From positions 1,568,001 through 1,632,000 of the forward strand of contig OZ245020.1 in NCBI GenBank assembly GCA_965223865.1: a DNA stretch of 64,000 bases. Direction: 5' to 3'. Below are positions 1 through 8,735 of the stretch, piece after piece. Position 1 is the first letter of the stretch, and the number at the start of each line of letters is the position of its first letter. The notes under the pieces were generated by a model. That model was given only the letters and a program-made list of their open reading frames with translations, had not been told where the DNA came from and did not search any database. The DNA is from Nitrosarchaeum sp. GTDB lineage: Archaea; Thermoproteota; Nitrososphaeria; Nitrososphaerales; Nitrosopumilaceae. Position numbers and translations under genes: made by a program.

Positions 1-528
1 ATTCTTCTTCCTATAATAACCGGCTTATTTCGTGATTTTTCATGAAAATGTACAAAATTAAAAATTTCAGAATATTTTACATCCAGAATGACATACTTGT
101 AGGATTTACTTTGATAGCATCCATTTTTGTAACAATTTTGATTTCAAAAAGCAGATTAATGAAAATAAATAGACGGCTGTGAGGTAACAGTCGGGAAAGA
201 AACCTCCAACCTGTCTATTTTCTGTTTTTGTGTTTGAGGATTTTACATAAAAGCAACTCGTAGAAATTATCAGTATTTTATGGGGTTTGTCTCTGGTATC
301 TTCATTGTTTTTTCTTGTCATTGTCGCAATAATTTCCAAACTCCGATTCCACCTACAATAATTGCAAGTCCAATCAAAATCCACATTACTGTCTTATTCC
401 AATTCATGTTGCTTCCAATGTCAACTCCTTTCTTTTCTAGTATGTATCGTCTTAGCTCTTCGTGGAATTTGTCTTCAAACATAAATTCGTTGAAAGGGCG
501 TTACAACATAATCATATGCGCCTTTGCG

Positions 529-543
529 CGCCAGGTAAGCGAT
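529..543. repeat. distal att core (copy of tRNA-Ser 3' end)
   Basis: cgccaggtaagcgat vs cgccaggtaagggat at 60498-60512 (11 bp identical, 14/15 overall); flanked by an imperfect 18-bp inverted repeat, 494-511 / 551-568. Confidence 0.78.
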
Positions 544-801
544 ATAAGGTTTATGTTGTGACGCTCTTGTCACCAATGATTTTAGAAAATCAAAATTGGT
601 TTTCTATGTGTTATAATACAATTACAACTTGAAAAAGTTTTCTAGAGGATTCAAATTTGGCTGGGAGCATGCATGTGATGCATGTATAGAAGTTGGCCGA
701 TTTTGTTCACAGAAATTAGAAAATTCTCATAAACTAACCAAATACTTTTGTCTATTGAACTCATGTAAAATGAAGTGATAAAAATAAACCAGATGTGAGT
801 A

Positions 802-1230
802 TCATCGTTGTTTTCTCACATTGGGTATGTCTTCATGTTGTAGCCATGCTTCCTTCTTGGTCTGTATCAGTGCCCAAACAGATCCAATTACGACTCCAAC
901 TTGAACTATTTTGGATACCATACCTAGATGTCCGATCTTTCCTGCGTGCTCCAAACCAAATGCGATTGCGCCTGCATCAGTTCTGGTAACTGCATACAGT
1001 GCGATTATTCCAATGGTTCCTGCTATGGTTACAAGATACGGAGCAGAACTGTTTGGACTCTTTAGCATCCAAAACGCAACTGGAATGTATGCTATTGCCA
1101 CCACCAAAAAGAATGGTCCTTTTATCATGTCTTGCTCTTCAAATAGTTCTTCAGATGTCTCAACAAAGTAAACGGCAGAAGTTGCTATCATAAGACCAAC
1201 GACAATCCCGACTAAAGATTTTTTGTTCAT
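802..1230 (-). CDS. membrane protein (~4 TM), unknown function
   Basis: 142 aa ORF with hydrophobic segments; TATA and operator motif upstream. Confidence 0.8.
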   Translation of the reverse strand: MNKKSLVGIVVGLMIATSAVYFVETSEELFEEQDMIKGPFFLVVAIAYIPVAFWMLKSPNSSAPYLVTIAGTIGIIALYAVTRTDAGAIAFGLEHAGKIGHLGMVSKIVQVGVVIGSVWALIQTKKEAWLQHEDIPNVRKQR

Positions 1231-1269
1231 GTATCAGATATGGTTGAATTTGGATATATTGAGGAAGTT

Positions 1270-1288
1270 TAGACTGCAATCATTTGCA
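1270..1288 (-). promoter_or_regulatory. operator motif 1 (TGCA-N11-TGYA-like)
   Basis: tgcaaatgattgcagtcta, 10 bp upstream of ATATAT box. Confidence 0.6.
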
Positions 1289-1375
1289 ATTATTGTTCTA
1301 AAGACAAATGCCCATTAGACCTAGATTTGCAATCCAAAGAAACTACAGCGGTGTAGTTGTATTCAGTAAAAATAT

Positions 1376-1897
1376 TCAATCATCTCCAACAACAATATGT
1401 AATGTTACCAATGAAGCAAGCAGCATGACAAGACCAAACTGGCCATGAAGAAGCTTGCCAAACAATTTGGAATTTCTAGACGATGTGTATTTTAGCAACA
1501 GTCCGCTTACCGTCATCACACTCATTACAATAGCCAAGGACAAAGAAACCGAATCTAGGTGTCTTGACAGCATAAAACCATGTGTCATTCCCGCAAAATA
1601 CCCTATCGAATTGAGCATTATGTGAAAATTAAGCAATGGTCTGTAGACAGTTCTAATTTGTTTTGCAACTTGCATTGTTGAATTGCCTGTCTTTATGGCA
1701 TATCTTCGGATTTTATTCATTGCAATAAATGGGATATTTGCAACTATTCCTGCTCCAACTGCAATCCATCCTAGGTTTTCTGCAACATCTTCTGCTTCAT
1801 CATCGTCATCTGCGTACGCTAGTGTGGGAGTCATAACTAACAAAGACAGTAGTGAGAAAACCAGAAGCGATTTTGGGGTGATTTTTTTGATTGTCAT
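1376..1897 (-). CDS. membrane protein with TM histidines (possible heme b binding)
   Basis: Signal-like N-terminus, acidic patch, TM helices carrying His (LNFHIML, MTHG, LLHGQ, TLHI). Confidence 0.7.
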   Translation of the reverse strand: MTIKKITPKSLLVFSLLSLLVMTPTLAYADDDDEAEDVAENLGWIAVGAGIVANIPFIAMNKIRRYAIKTGNSTMQVAKQIRTVYRPLLNFHIMLNSIGYFAGMTHGFMLSRHLDSVSLSLAIVMSVMTVSGLLLKYTSSRNSKLFGKLLHGQFGLVMLLASLVTLHIVVGDD

Positions 1898-2160
1898 GGT
1901 TTTGCTTTTTTCTTTGATGAGATCTTAAAAGCGGTGTAAGCTACTGAGACCACAATTGCTGCAATAGTTCCATACAAAATTACATTTCCCATTTCCGTGC
2001 CTAATGGAATTCCTTCATCTTGGTGTTCTCTTTCTCTTTTCATTTCTCCAAAACCAATTCTGTCCTCATCATTATCATCTTCTTCAGCATATGTAATTGG
2101 AATTACAAGCGTACCTGAAACTACAATTAAAAGTAAAAACATAATTGATATTAATTTCAT
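1894..2160 (-). CDS. small exported membrane-anchored protein
   Basis: Signal peptide, acidic linker, C-terminal TM plus basic tail; ATGA overlap with next gene. Confidence 0.75.
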   Translation of the reverse strand: MKLISIMFLLLIVVSGTLVIPITYAEEDDNDEDRIGFGEMKREREHQDEGIPLGTEMGNVILYGTIAAIVVSVAYTAFKISSKKKAKP

Positions 2161-2277
2161 GAATTATTCTGACCCGTTACTTTATGGATTTAAAGAAATA
2201 ATAGAATTTCCACAAATGAAATCCAGTCATGGAAAATACAGTCGATCTTATATTGATTTATCACACTTCTAAAGTAA

Positions 2278-3260
2278 TGAAAAAATACGATACTGCCATA
2301 TTCTTTCTTTTAGCTGTTCTGGTACTTTCGATACCAACTAGTTTTGTTTTTGCCAGTGAAGACAATGATGATGACAGGTATGACGATGACCGAGATGATG
2401 ACAGGTATGACGATGACCGAGATGATGACAGGTATGACGATGACCGAGATGATGACAGGTATGACGATGACCGAGATGATGACAGGTATGACGATGACCG
2501 AGATGATGACAGGTATGACGATGACCGAGATGATGACAGGTATGACGATGACCGAGATGATGACAGGTATGACGATGACCGAGATGATGACAGGTATGAC
2601 GATGACCGAGATGATGACAGGTATGACGATGACCGAGATGATGACAGGTATGACGATGACCGAGATGATGACAGAATCAGTGATGGTTCCAAGACATCCG
2701 ATTTCTTCAAAAGAGAAGTAAGAGCTGAAACCCTTGGTTTTCAGACTGAGATAAAAATAGAGATAGAGTTTGTCAGCAATACGACAGATACAAATCAACT
2801 AATTGATCAAATCATTGACAAATTCTCACTTACCAGAGAAGAGGCAGACATGGAACTGAGAATAGAACGTTCTGATGACCAAAGATTAGAAAAAAAATTA
2901 GAAGTTGAAATTGAAAAGAGAGGCAACACATCCAAAGTTGAAGTTGAACTTGAGACAGTAATTGACTCAACTAGCAGAGGAGCAATACTAGATGCTATTG
3001 TAAAAAACAGCCAGCTTACTAGAGAACAAATTAACGAACAACTCCAATTTGATTCTGATGATAATGACAACAATGACTTTTCAAGAAATGAAATGAGAAC
3101 CAATTCAGATTCAACCGAGCTTGAAAAACTAAGACAGGAAAATCAACAACTAAGAGATGAGATTAAGCAACTCAATCAAAAACTAGATGACCTGCAGCAA
3201 ATCATTATGGAACAGATGAAGGTCATAATGGATACTCTCAAAAATCTAAAATCTCAATAA
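2278..3260 (+). CDS. secreted protein with Asp-rich tandem repeat and C-terminal coiled coil
   Basis: Start MKKYD follows TATA near 2249; signal peptide; (DDDRYDDDR)x11; heptad-rich tail. Confidence 0.8.
2367..2674 (+). repeat. 27-bp perfect tandem repeat, 11 copies plus a partial
   Basis: Unit gatgatgacaggtatgacgatgaccga, 2367-2663 = 11 x 27 bp. Confidence 0.97.
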
Positions 3261-3287
3261 TTTTTTCTTTTTTGTTTTTTTATTTTA
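3261..3287 (+). terminator. oligo-T archaeal terminator
   Basis: T-runs immediately after the stop at 3260, between convergent genes. Confidence 0.55.
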
Positions 3288-3298
3288 GGATAATTGTT

Positions 3299-3976
3299 CT
3301 AAATTCTTATTATTCCATTTACAATCATAAATTGAATACTTTGTGCAAATTCTTCATCTGATGTGAGTCCTTGGGCCCACCAACCTGCATTCTTCCTTAA
3401 CCATTCAGGTATCTGTGTTTCAGATTCAACTTTCTCTGAATTTGTATTCTGTGGAATGATTATTACTCTAATCTTGATCAGATGTTCTAATCCTTTTGCA
3501 AAATCAGAATCAGATATTTGATTGGAAGACCACCATCCTGCATTGATTTTAATCCATTCTGGGATTTTTAACGAATCCTCTTGGTCATCCTTATTTTGTT
3601 GTGTTGAAACAACAATTACCTTTCCTATCATCCAGGGATGAATTGTACAAAAATAGTCAAAGGTTCCAGATTCCATAAAAGTAAATGACCAAGATTCGCC
3701 TGGACTATATAAGCCACTATCAAATTTCTGATCCATTGCGCCAGGCTTTCCACTTGTAACTGAATGAGGTTCAGAGTCATTATTTGGCCATGTTATTGTA
3801 TCTCCAACATTAATCTTAATTTCTTCAGGAGAATAACAATTATGGAAAGTCGCACATAATCGATTGTGAGCACCCTGTGGGATATTGACTACATGTTCTG
3901 TTGCATATACAAAACTAGGAGGGATTAAAAATACTAAAAACAGCAGGATTAGAATAACTTTTTTTGAATTATTCAT
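3299..3976 (-). CDS. plastocyanin/azurin-like blue copper protein with thaumarchaeal C-terminal IPEW repeats
   Basis: Type-1 Cu ligands H(SVTSG)...C-x2-H-x2-M (FCTIHPWM); IPEWIKINAGWW and IPEWLRKNAGWW. Confidence 0.92.
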   Translation of the reverse strand: MNNSKKVILILLFLVFLIPPSFVYATEHVVNIPQGAHNRLCATFHNCYSPEEIKINVGDTITWPNNDSEPHSVTSGKPGAMDQKFDSGLYSPGESWSFTFMESGTFDYFCTIHPWMIGKVIVVSTQQNKDDQEDSLKIPEWIKINAGWWSSNQISDSDFAKGLEHLIKIRVIIIPQNTNSEKVESETQIPEWLRKNAGWWAQGLTSDEEFAQSIQFMIVNGIIRI

Positions 3977-4053
3977 ATTTCAATCTACAAAATTTAGTCT
4001 TGTAAAGATTAAAATCAATTTGCATAATTGAAAGAATGAATTTCTTGTCTTGG

Positions 4054-4752
4054 CTAACCAAACAGTTTTCCTCTTTTAGTTAGAGATACTATTGCCAAAA
4101 CTACTCCTGCAGCCCCCAGAGACAATCCAAACACTGCAAAGTCGTATGCTCTACCAGTATCAGATTTTATCTCAATTCCAGAACCAGATCTGATTTCATT
4201 AACATCTCTTTGAATCTGAGATATTGCATTTTTTAGTGCAGCAACATCCGTGTTTGATGATGAACCGCTAGAAGGTGGAAAGTCAAGTATTGCAGTTGTC
4301 TCTACATCTTCTATTGGAACTTGTACATCCACTTGAATTCCTTCAACTTCTCCTTTCAAATCAATTGAGATACTGCCTGTCTTTGTTGGGATTACATGAG
4401 AATAATAGTGTCCAGGTCTTGGATCAGAGCCAATATCTAATACTTTGGTGACTCCTCCATATTTTGCAGTTACCTCTAAATTCTTAAAGGCGTTTTTTAT
4501 TCCCGTTCGTACTCCTTCGGTTTCACCAAGCTCGCTTATCTTAAAGACAAAATCATTTCTGTACCCTACTATTGGCGGCTCGATTCCCCACCCAACATCA
4601 ATCTCAATATTTTCAACTTCTATAGTAGTGTGTGCTGATGCTGGAGTCGTTGATCCGAGAACAAGAAATAGGACCAACAATACAGAAGCGGTAAAATATT
4701 TTCCGCATAGTTCGGATCGAGGAATAACAATTTTGACCATATCAGCACACAT
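4054..4752 (-). CDS. exported protein with C-terminal membrane anchor (mature N-terminal His)
   Basis: Signal ending ASA-H, C-terminal TM plus basic tail. Confidence 0.8.
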   Translation of the reverse strand: MCADMVKIVIPRSELCGKYFTASVLLVLFLVLGSTTPASAHTTIEVENIEIDVGWGIEPPIVGYRNDFVFKISELGETEGVRTGIKNAFKNLEVTAKYGGVTKVLDIGSDPRPGHYYSHVIPTKTGSISIDLKGEVEGIQVDVQVPIEDVETTAILDFPPSSGSSSNTDVAALKNAISQIQRDVNEIRSGSGIEIKSDTGRAYDFAVFGLSLGAAGVVLAIVSLTKRGKLFG

Positions 4753-4787
4753 TTCATTATGTCTCCAAACAATATAACAACAAAGAC

Positions 4788-4806
4788 TACAATGTGGTCA
4801 ATTGCA
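4788..4806 (-). promoter_or_regulatory. operator motif 1
   Basis: tgcaattgaccacattgta, 10 bp upstream of TTATAT. Confidence 0.7.
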
Positions 4807-4848
4807 GCTAAACTGATAAACTAGTAAAATTGCAAAATCATTAGAAAA

Positions 4849-5376
4849 ATGAGCAGCAAAAAGACATCTAGCATCTCATTTAGAATAGATGAAGAATATG
4901 AAAAAGTGCTAAGAGATATAGCTGAGGAGAACAAAACAAGCCTAAACACTCTTGCAAACCAGATTTTTGGTCAATATGTAGAGTTTGAACTTTATGCCAA
5001 GAAATTTGGTACACTAAGAATGAGCACAGACACCTTTCGTAGAATGCTAAACAGTATAGATGAGAAAAATCTAATTGAGATTGCCACAAGATGTGGAAGT
5101 CAAGAAGTTAAAGAATTCATTTTGTTCAAATGGAAGAGACTTGACTCAAAGACTGTGACTGATTTTATTAAAATCTATTTTGATTTGTGCGGTTATGGAA
5201 GATGTAGTTTAGATAAAACAGAAGGCAATGTCATGTTTAGTGTACATCATGATCTTCAGGAGAAAGGATCCTTGTTTTTAAAACATCTCTTTGAGTCCTT
5301 AATTAGGACAGCACTAGACAAAGATTGCAAAACTGAGATGACTAGTGATACAATAACAGTTAGTTTTCAACCATAA
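4849..5376 (+). CDS. ribbon-helix-helix regulator with C-terminal effector-binding-like domain
   Basis: N-terminal SISFRIDEEYEKVLRDIAEENKTSLNTLANQIF fits the RHH pattern. Confidence 0.8.
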   Translation: MSSKKTSSISFRIDEEYEKVLRDIAEENKTSLNTLANQIFGQYVEFELYAKKFGTLRMSTDTFRRMLNSIDEKNLIEIATRCGSQEVKEFILFKWKRLDSKTVTDFIKIYFDLCGYGRCSLDKTEGNVMFSVHHDLQEKGSLFLKHLFESLIRTALDKDCKTEMTSDTITVSFQP

Positions 5377-5385
5377 TGCTTTGAG

Positions 5386-5404
5386 TGCAATTGACTACAT
5401 TGTA
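5386..5404 (+). promoter_or_regulatory. operator motif 1
   Basis: tgcaattgactacattgta, 10 bp upstream of TTATAT. Confidence 0.7.
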
Positions 5405-5443
5405 AACTGACCTGTTATATCAAATTCTGCCAATATTATACAC

Positions 5444-5617
5444 ATGGCTAGAACATGTAGAGGAGTATGCATTGAATCAAAAGGAATTCCGATGAGTAAT
5501 AGTATCAGATATCAAAATGGGCAAAAACGATGTACTTTTTGCAGTATATTTTTAGAAGTGTCTAGTATTAGATGCCCCTGTTGCAAAGCAATCCTACGCA
5601 CAAAACCTCGTGGGTAA
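5444..5617 (+). CDS. 57-aa Cys-rich microprotein (CxGxC...CxxC...CPCC family)
   Basis: Own translation MARTCRGVCIESK...RCTFC...RCPCCKAILRTKPRG; paralogs at 6070 and 8132; TATA upstream. Confidence 0.85.
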   Translation: MARTCRGVCIESKGIPMSNSIRYQNGQKRCTFCSIFLEVSSIRCPCCKAILRTKPRG

Positions 5618-5649
5618 AATCATGAATTTAGTTGAGGACATGACAAAAA

Positions 5650-5766
5650 ATGGAAAAAATAATCTGCGTCAGTTGCAGAGTCGAAATAATTCAATACTAC
5701 AATCACAATTACAATGGGGAAAGAGGTCTCTGTCCAATTTGTAAGACAGACTTTCCACTAGAATAA
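5650..5766 (+). CDS. 38-aa zinc-ribbon microprotein
   Basis: MEKIICVSC...GLCPICKTDFPLE, two CxxC; GAGG upstream. Confidence 0.65.
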   Translation: MEKIICVSCRVEIIQYYNHNYNGERGLCPICKTDFPLE

Positions 5767-5906
5767 TTATTGATTTGTACATGCATAATTTTATGCAATC
5801 TATGTTCCAAGAAATTTTTTCATAAGTGTTCTACTGTTTCTTTAGCTGCAATTGATTGCAGAGTAATCTTTCTAGTTAAATCAAATCCATACCAAGTATC
5901 AATGAT

Positions 5907-6086
5907 ATGTTACAATTAGTTACTATTCTAAAAGAAAGTAAGGATGACAAGTTTGCAAAAAGAGGGGTAAAAATTTGCCTTGATTGCGGTAGCTCTAATA
6001 CTTGTTATAATCATAATGGCATTTTTTGCAAAAAATGTGGTAATATTAGAAGGTACGAGTGGGAGAAAAATGGGTACGAGTTGTAA
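5907..6086 (+). CDS. 59-aa zinc-ribbon microprotein
   Basis: MLQLV...CLDCGSSNTC...GIFCKKCG; paralog of 7970-8125; operator 1 at 5847-5865. Confidence 0.75.
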   Translation: MLQLVTILKESKDDKFAKRGVKICLDCGSSNTCYNHNGIFCKKCGNIRRYEWEKNGYEL

Positions 6087-6258
6087 AGGTATTTGTGTAC
6101 AGCTAAAAAGTAGCAGTGTAAGCAACGGCCAAAAATATCTAAAAGGACACAAAAGATGCACATATTGCAGTACGTTTTTGATTACCTCTGAGATCAGGTG
6201 CCCATGTTGTAAGACTATTTTGAGAACCAAGTCTCGTCATCGAAAACATTTTTCTTAA
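6070..6258 (+). CDS. 62-aa Cys-rich microprotein (CxGxC...CxxC...CPCC family)
   Basis: MGTSCKGIC...RCTYC...RCPCCKTILRTK. Confidence 0.85.
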   Translation: MGTSCKGICVQLKSSSVSNGQKYLKGHKRCTYCSTFLITSEIRCPCCKTILRTKSRHRKHFS

Positions 6259-6331
6259 AATTTAATTGCAAATAACCACAATGTAATCTTCTTGATTATA
6301 TCTCATTGTTGTAAAGTTAAGTTGAAGAGAA

Positions 6332-6655
6332 ATGTCTCAATCAAAACAACAAGAAAAAAAGATGCCATGGAAGTGGTATGTTGGATTTGTGCTAGCAGGA
6401 CTGGCAATACTGTTGATGGTTACTCTTGTACCAATCTGGCATTGGTTTCCAGTAGAGATTACAGAACAGGGAACTGTAGTGGCTATTGTAGATAGAGGAT
6501 GTGTGATTGATACTCCCTCAGTGTCCATGCCAGTGATTCAGGAATGTAGTGCACAGCCAGGAGAAACAGTTGAAGTAACTTACTTTGTTCCTGCAAAGGT
6601 TACAAGTGGATACTTTGAGAGAATGCAAGAAAGAGCTGCACTAGTCCAACCGTAG
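6332..6655 (+). CDS. small membrane-anchored protein
   Basis: N-terminal TM, two Cys; operator 1 at 6267-6285. Confidence 0.75.
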   Translation: MSQSKQQEKKMPWKWYVGFVLAGLAILLMVTLVPIWHWFPVEITEQGTVVAIVDRGCVIDTPSVSMPVIQECSAQPGETVEVTYFVPAKVTSGYFERMQERAALVQP

Positions 6656-6661
6656 ATTTTT

Positions 6662-6802
6662 TTATTTTTTCCAAATTTGGTGCTGATCACAGATATACCT
6701 GTTATTTTCCTTGTCATACATACAAACCATTCCACCAATATCTGCATCACACAATGAACATTTGGTGCCTTTTTTTGCTGTGACAATATGTGGTTTTACC
6801 AT
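6662..6802 (-). CDS. 46-aa zinc-finger microprotein (CxxC...CxxH)
   Basis: Own translation MVKPHIVTAKKGTKCSLC...YICDQHQIWKK. Confidence 0.6.
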   Translation of the reverse strand: MVKPHIVTAKKGTKCSLCDADIGGMVCMYDKENNRYICDQHQIWKK

Positions 6803-6877
6803 CTTTAAGCACTAGTTTTCAAGTAGACTAGTGTATATGCATTATCAAAGATAAAAAAAAAGAGAGAAGAGGAATTA

Positions 6878-7843
6878 CTAATGATCTGGAAGCTCATGAA
6901 CATTTAGTATGTATGGCTCTCCAATTGGATATGTGTCCCCATAGCTCCAAAAGTAGTACACTTTACCATATGTTTCATCCAGAATCGGAATAATTGATTC
7001 TAATTCCTTATCGGTGAGTTCCGGAAATGTTGCCTCTGCTCTTGGAAATTCTGTTTTGTGATAATGCCAGTATTGTTTTTCTTCTTCTGGAAGTTCATTA
7101 TATTGCTCTGTTGTTATGACATATTCTATTCCGTATGGTTTGTCTTGGTCAGTCATTCCATATGGATATAGAAGACAAGATGCTGTCATGTCATCATAGA
7201 CTTTGCAGTGATGATGAACTATGGTCTGCAAAAGATGGTCTACTGATCCAAGTGATCTTTCTGGATCAAGATGTCTGTTTGCATGAATGTGCAGATCATT
7301 GAAACCTAGAATGTTTGGATAGTCAATCTGTCTTGGATTCAATGTTTCATTGTATGCTGGTTCTTTTTGCATCATCATTTTTTGACCGTGTTGCATGTGC
7401 TGTTTGTCCTTCATCATGTCTCCCATCATGCTCATGTGCTGAGTCATGTCCATTGACTCCATCTTTTCTATCATCTGACTCATTTTCTGAATCATTTGGG
7501 ACTGTTCTTGTGGAGTCATTGTCTGCCACATCTGCATCATTTGTGTTTGATGCTTCTCGTGAACTTTATCCATCCTATCTAAAACATCATTTAGATTTGT
7601 TTGAGATGACGAATCACTTTTAGGAGTAATTTTTTGCTTCATGTTTTGCCTTTCTTCAGGTGGCATCTCAGAGCATAGTCTGTCTCCACAAACCTGGTTT
7701 TGGGTTGCCTGGCCGTATTTTGATGTGTATGTGCCTTTTGCTTTTGCGGCATCTGCTGTCTGTGTAAAATCAACTGGGATTGTCATTGTTACAGCAAACA
7801 GGATTGTTGTTGCCGTGATTGCTGCAATCATTGTTTTTCTCAT
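6878..7843 (-). CDS. secreted Met/His-rich protein with C-terminal DUF1264/OBAP-like domain
   Basis: Signal peptide from MRKTM; VCGDRLC motif; Met-rich middle; VHHHC..CLLY..GIEYVI..YWHYH..ETYGK. Confidence 0.82.
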   Translation of the reverse strand: MRKTMIAAITATTILFAVTMTIPVDFTQTADAAKAKGTYTSKYGQATQNQVCGDRLCSEMPPEERQNMKQKITPKSDSSSQTNLNDVLDRMDKVHEKHQTQMMQMWQTMTPQEQSQMIQKMSQMIEKMESMDMTQHMSMMGDMMKDKQHMQHGQKMMMQKEPAYNETLNPRQIDYPNILGFNDLHIHANRHLDPERSLGSVDHLLQTIVHHHCKVYDDMTASCLLYPYGMTDQDKPYGIEYVITTEQYNELPEEEKQYWHYHKTEFPRAEATFPELTDKELESIIPILDETYGKVYYFWSYGDTYPIGEPYILNVHELPDH

Positions 7844-7969
7844 TATCTGCAGAACTTGAAATTTCATATATAACCAAAACACACAGTTTCCGATGCCGAT
7901 TTCCGCATATGGTAATCGTATATGGAAATTGTCTTTTTCTGCATATATTGTGAAATGATTTTACAGACC

Positions 7970-8125
7970 ATGAGACAAGTTTTAGATGTTCCCAGACACC
8001 CACAAAACCATTGCCACAAGAACCTACAAACACGAACATGTCTTGTTTGTAAAAGTAACAGCACCTGTGTAAACCAAGGGATGTATTGCAAATCATGTGG
8101 ATTTTTGTGGGACATGAAAAAATGA
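7970..8125 (+). CDS. zinc-ribbon microprotein
   Basis: CLVCKSNSTC...GMYCKSCG; start chosen from promoter spacing. Confidence 0.7.
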   Translation: MRQVLDVPRHPQNHCHKNLQTRTCLVCKSNSTCVNQGMYCKSCGFLWDMKK

Positions 8126-8131
8126 TGAACC

Positions 8132-8332
8132 ATGGCAACTGCGTGCAAGGGAGTATGTCATCACTACAAAAGTAAAGGCATCTCAACTAAAGACAAATAT
8201 CAACCAGGTCAAAAGAGATGCTCATACTGCAATGTCTTTTTGTCTTATGATGGGCTGCGTTGTCCATGTTGTGAAATGATACTCAGAACACATTCACATG
8301 GTACAAAACACAAGTCTACCAATAAGAACTAG
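8132..8332 (+). CDS. 66-aa Cys-rich microprotein (CxGxC...CxxC...CPCC family)
   Basis: MATACKGVC...RCSYC...RCPCCEMILRT. Confidence 0.85.
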   Translation: MATACKGVCHHYKSKGISTKDKYQPGQKRCSYCNVFLSYDGLRCPCCEMILRTHSHGTKHKSTNKN

Positions 8333-8666
8333 TTCCCATTCCATCATTGTCTACAATTTGCACATCCAAAGCATCCAGTCCAAACACCACGTAGATTGCC
8401 TTGATTCTACTCTGGTAAAGAAAGTATTTTTTTCCGTCATCAGTAACAATTGAACCTGTAACCTTTAGGATCTTGTTTTCTTCTAGTTCATGAACACGTC
8501 TGTATGCGGTAGTCATTGGAATGTTGCAGTCTTTGACAATATCTACTACCGATTTTGGTTTTTCAATGGCATAATTCATGATGGTTCTAGAATATTCATC
8601 AGACAAGGCCTTTAGAATCGCCTTTCTAAAATTTGAATCCCTTGGAAGGATCTTAAAATCCGCCAT
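8316..8666 (-). CDS. ArsR-like winged-helix regulator
   Basis: ALSDEYSRTIM...PKS..DI....IPMTTAYRRVHEL; paralog of 13789. Confidence 0.88.
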   Translation of the reverse strand: MADFKILPRDSNFRKAILKALSDEYSRTIMNYAIEKPKSVVDIVKDCNIPMTTAYRRVHELEENKILKVTGSIVTDDGKKYFLYQSRIKAIYVVFGLDALDVQIVDNDGMGTSSYW

Positions 8667-8735
8667 AGTAGTCTGTTATGGTGCAATCCTTATTGCATAT
8701 AATCTTGGTTTTGTAAAAACAAAAAATAATGGAAT

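Noticed and set aside
106-561. ORF-track calls at the left edge
   Set aside because: No recognisable domains, and one spans the att site. A 54-aa TM ORF (318-482, minus) is possible but unsupported.
2367-2674. Possible CRISPR array
   Set aside because: Units are contiguous with no spacers, in frame within a CDS, and no cas genes are visible.
2261-2798. Ser-rich, Ile/Val-rich and Met/Thr-rich ORFs
   Set aside because: Alternate-frame and antisense readings of the 27-bp repeat.
4788-5404. 19-bp inverted repeats flanking one gene, resembling an IS
   Set aside because: The enclosed gene is an RHH regulator, not a transposase, and the motif recurs at a fixed distance from other TATA boxes.
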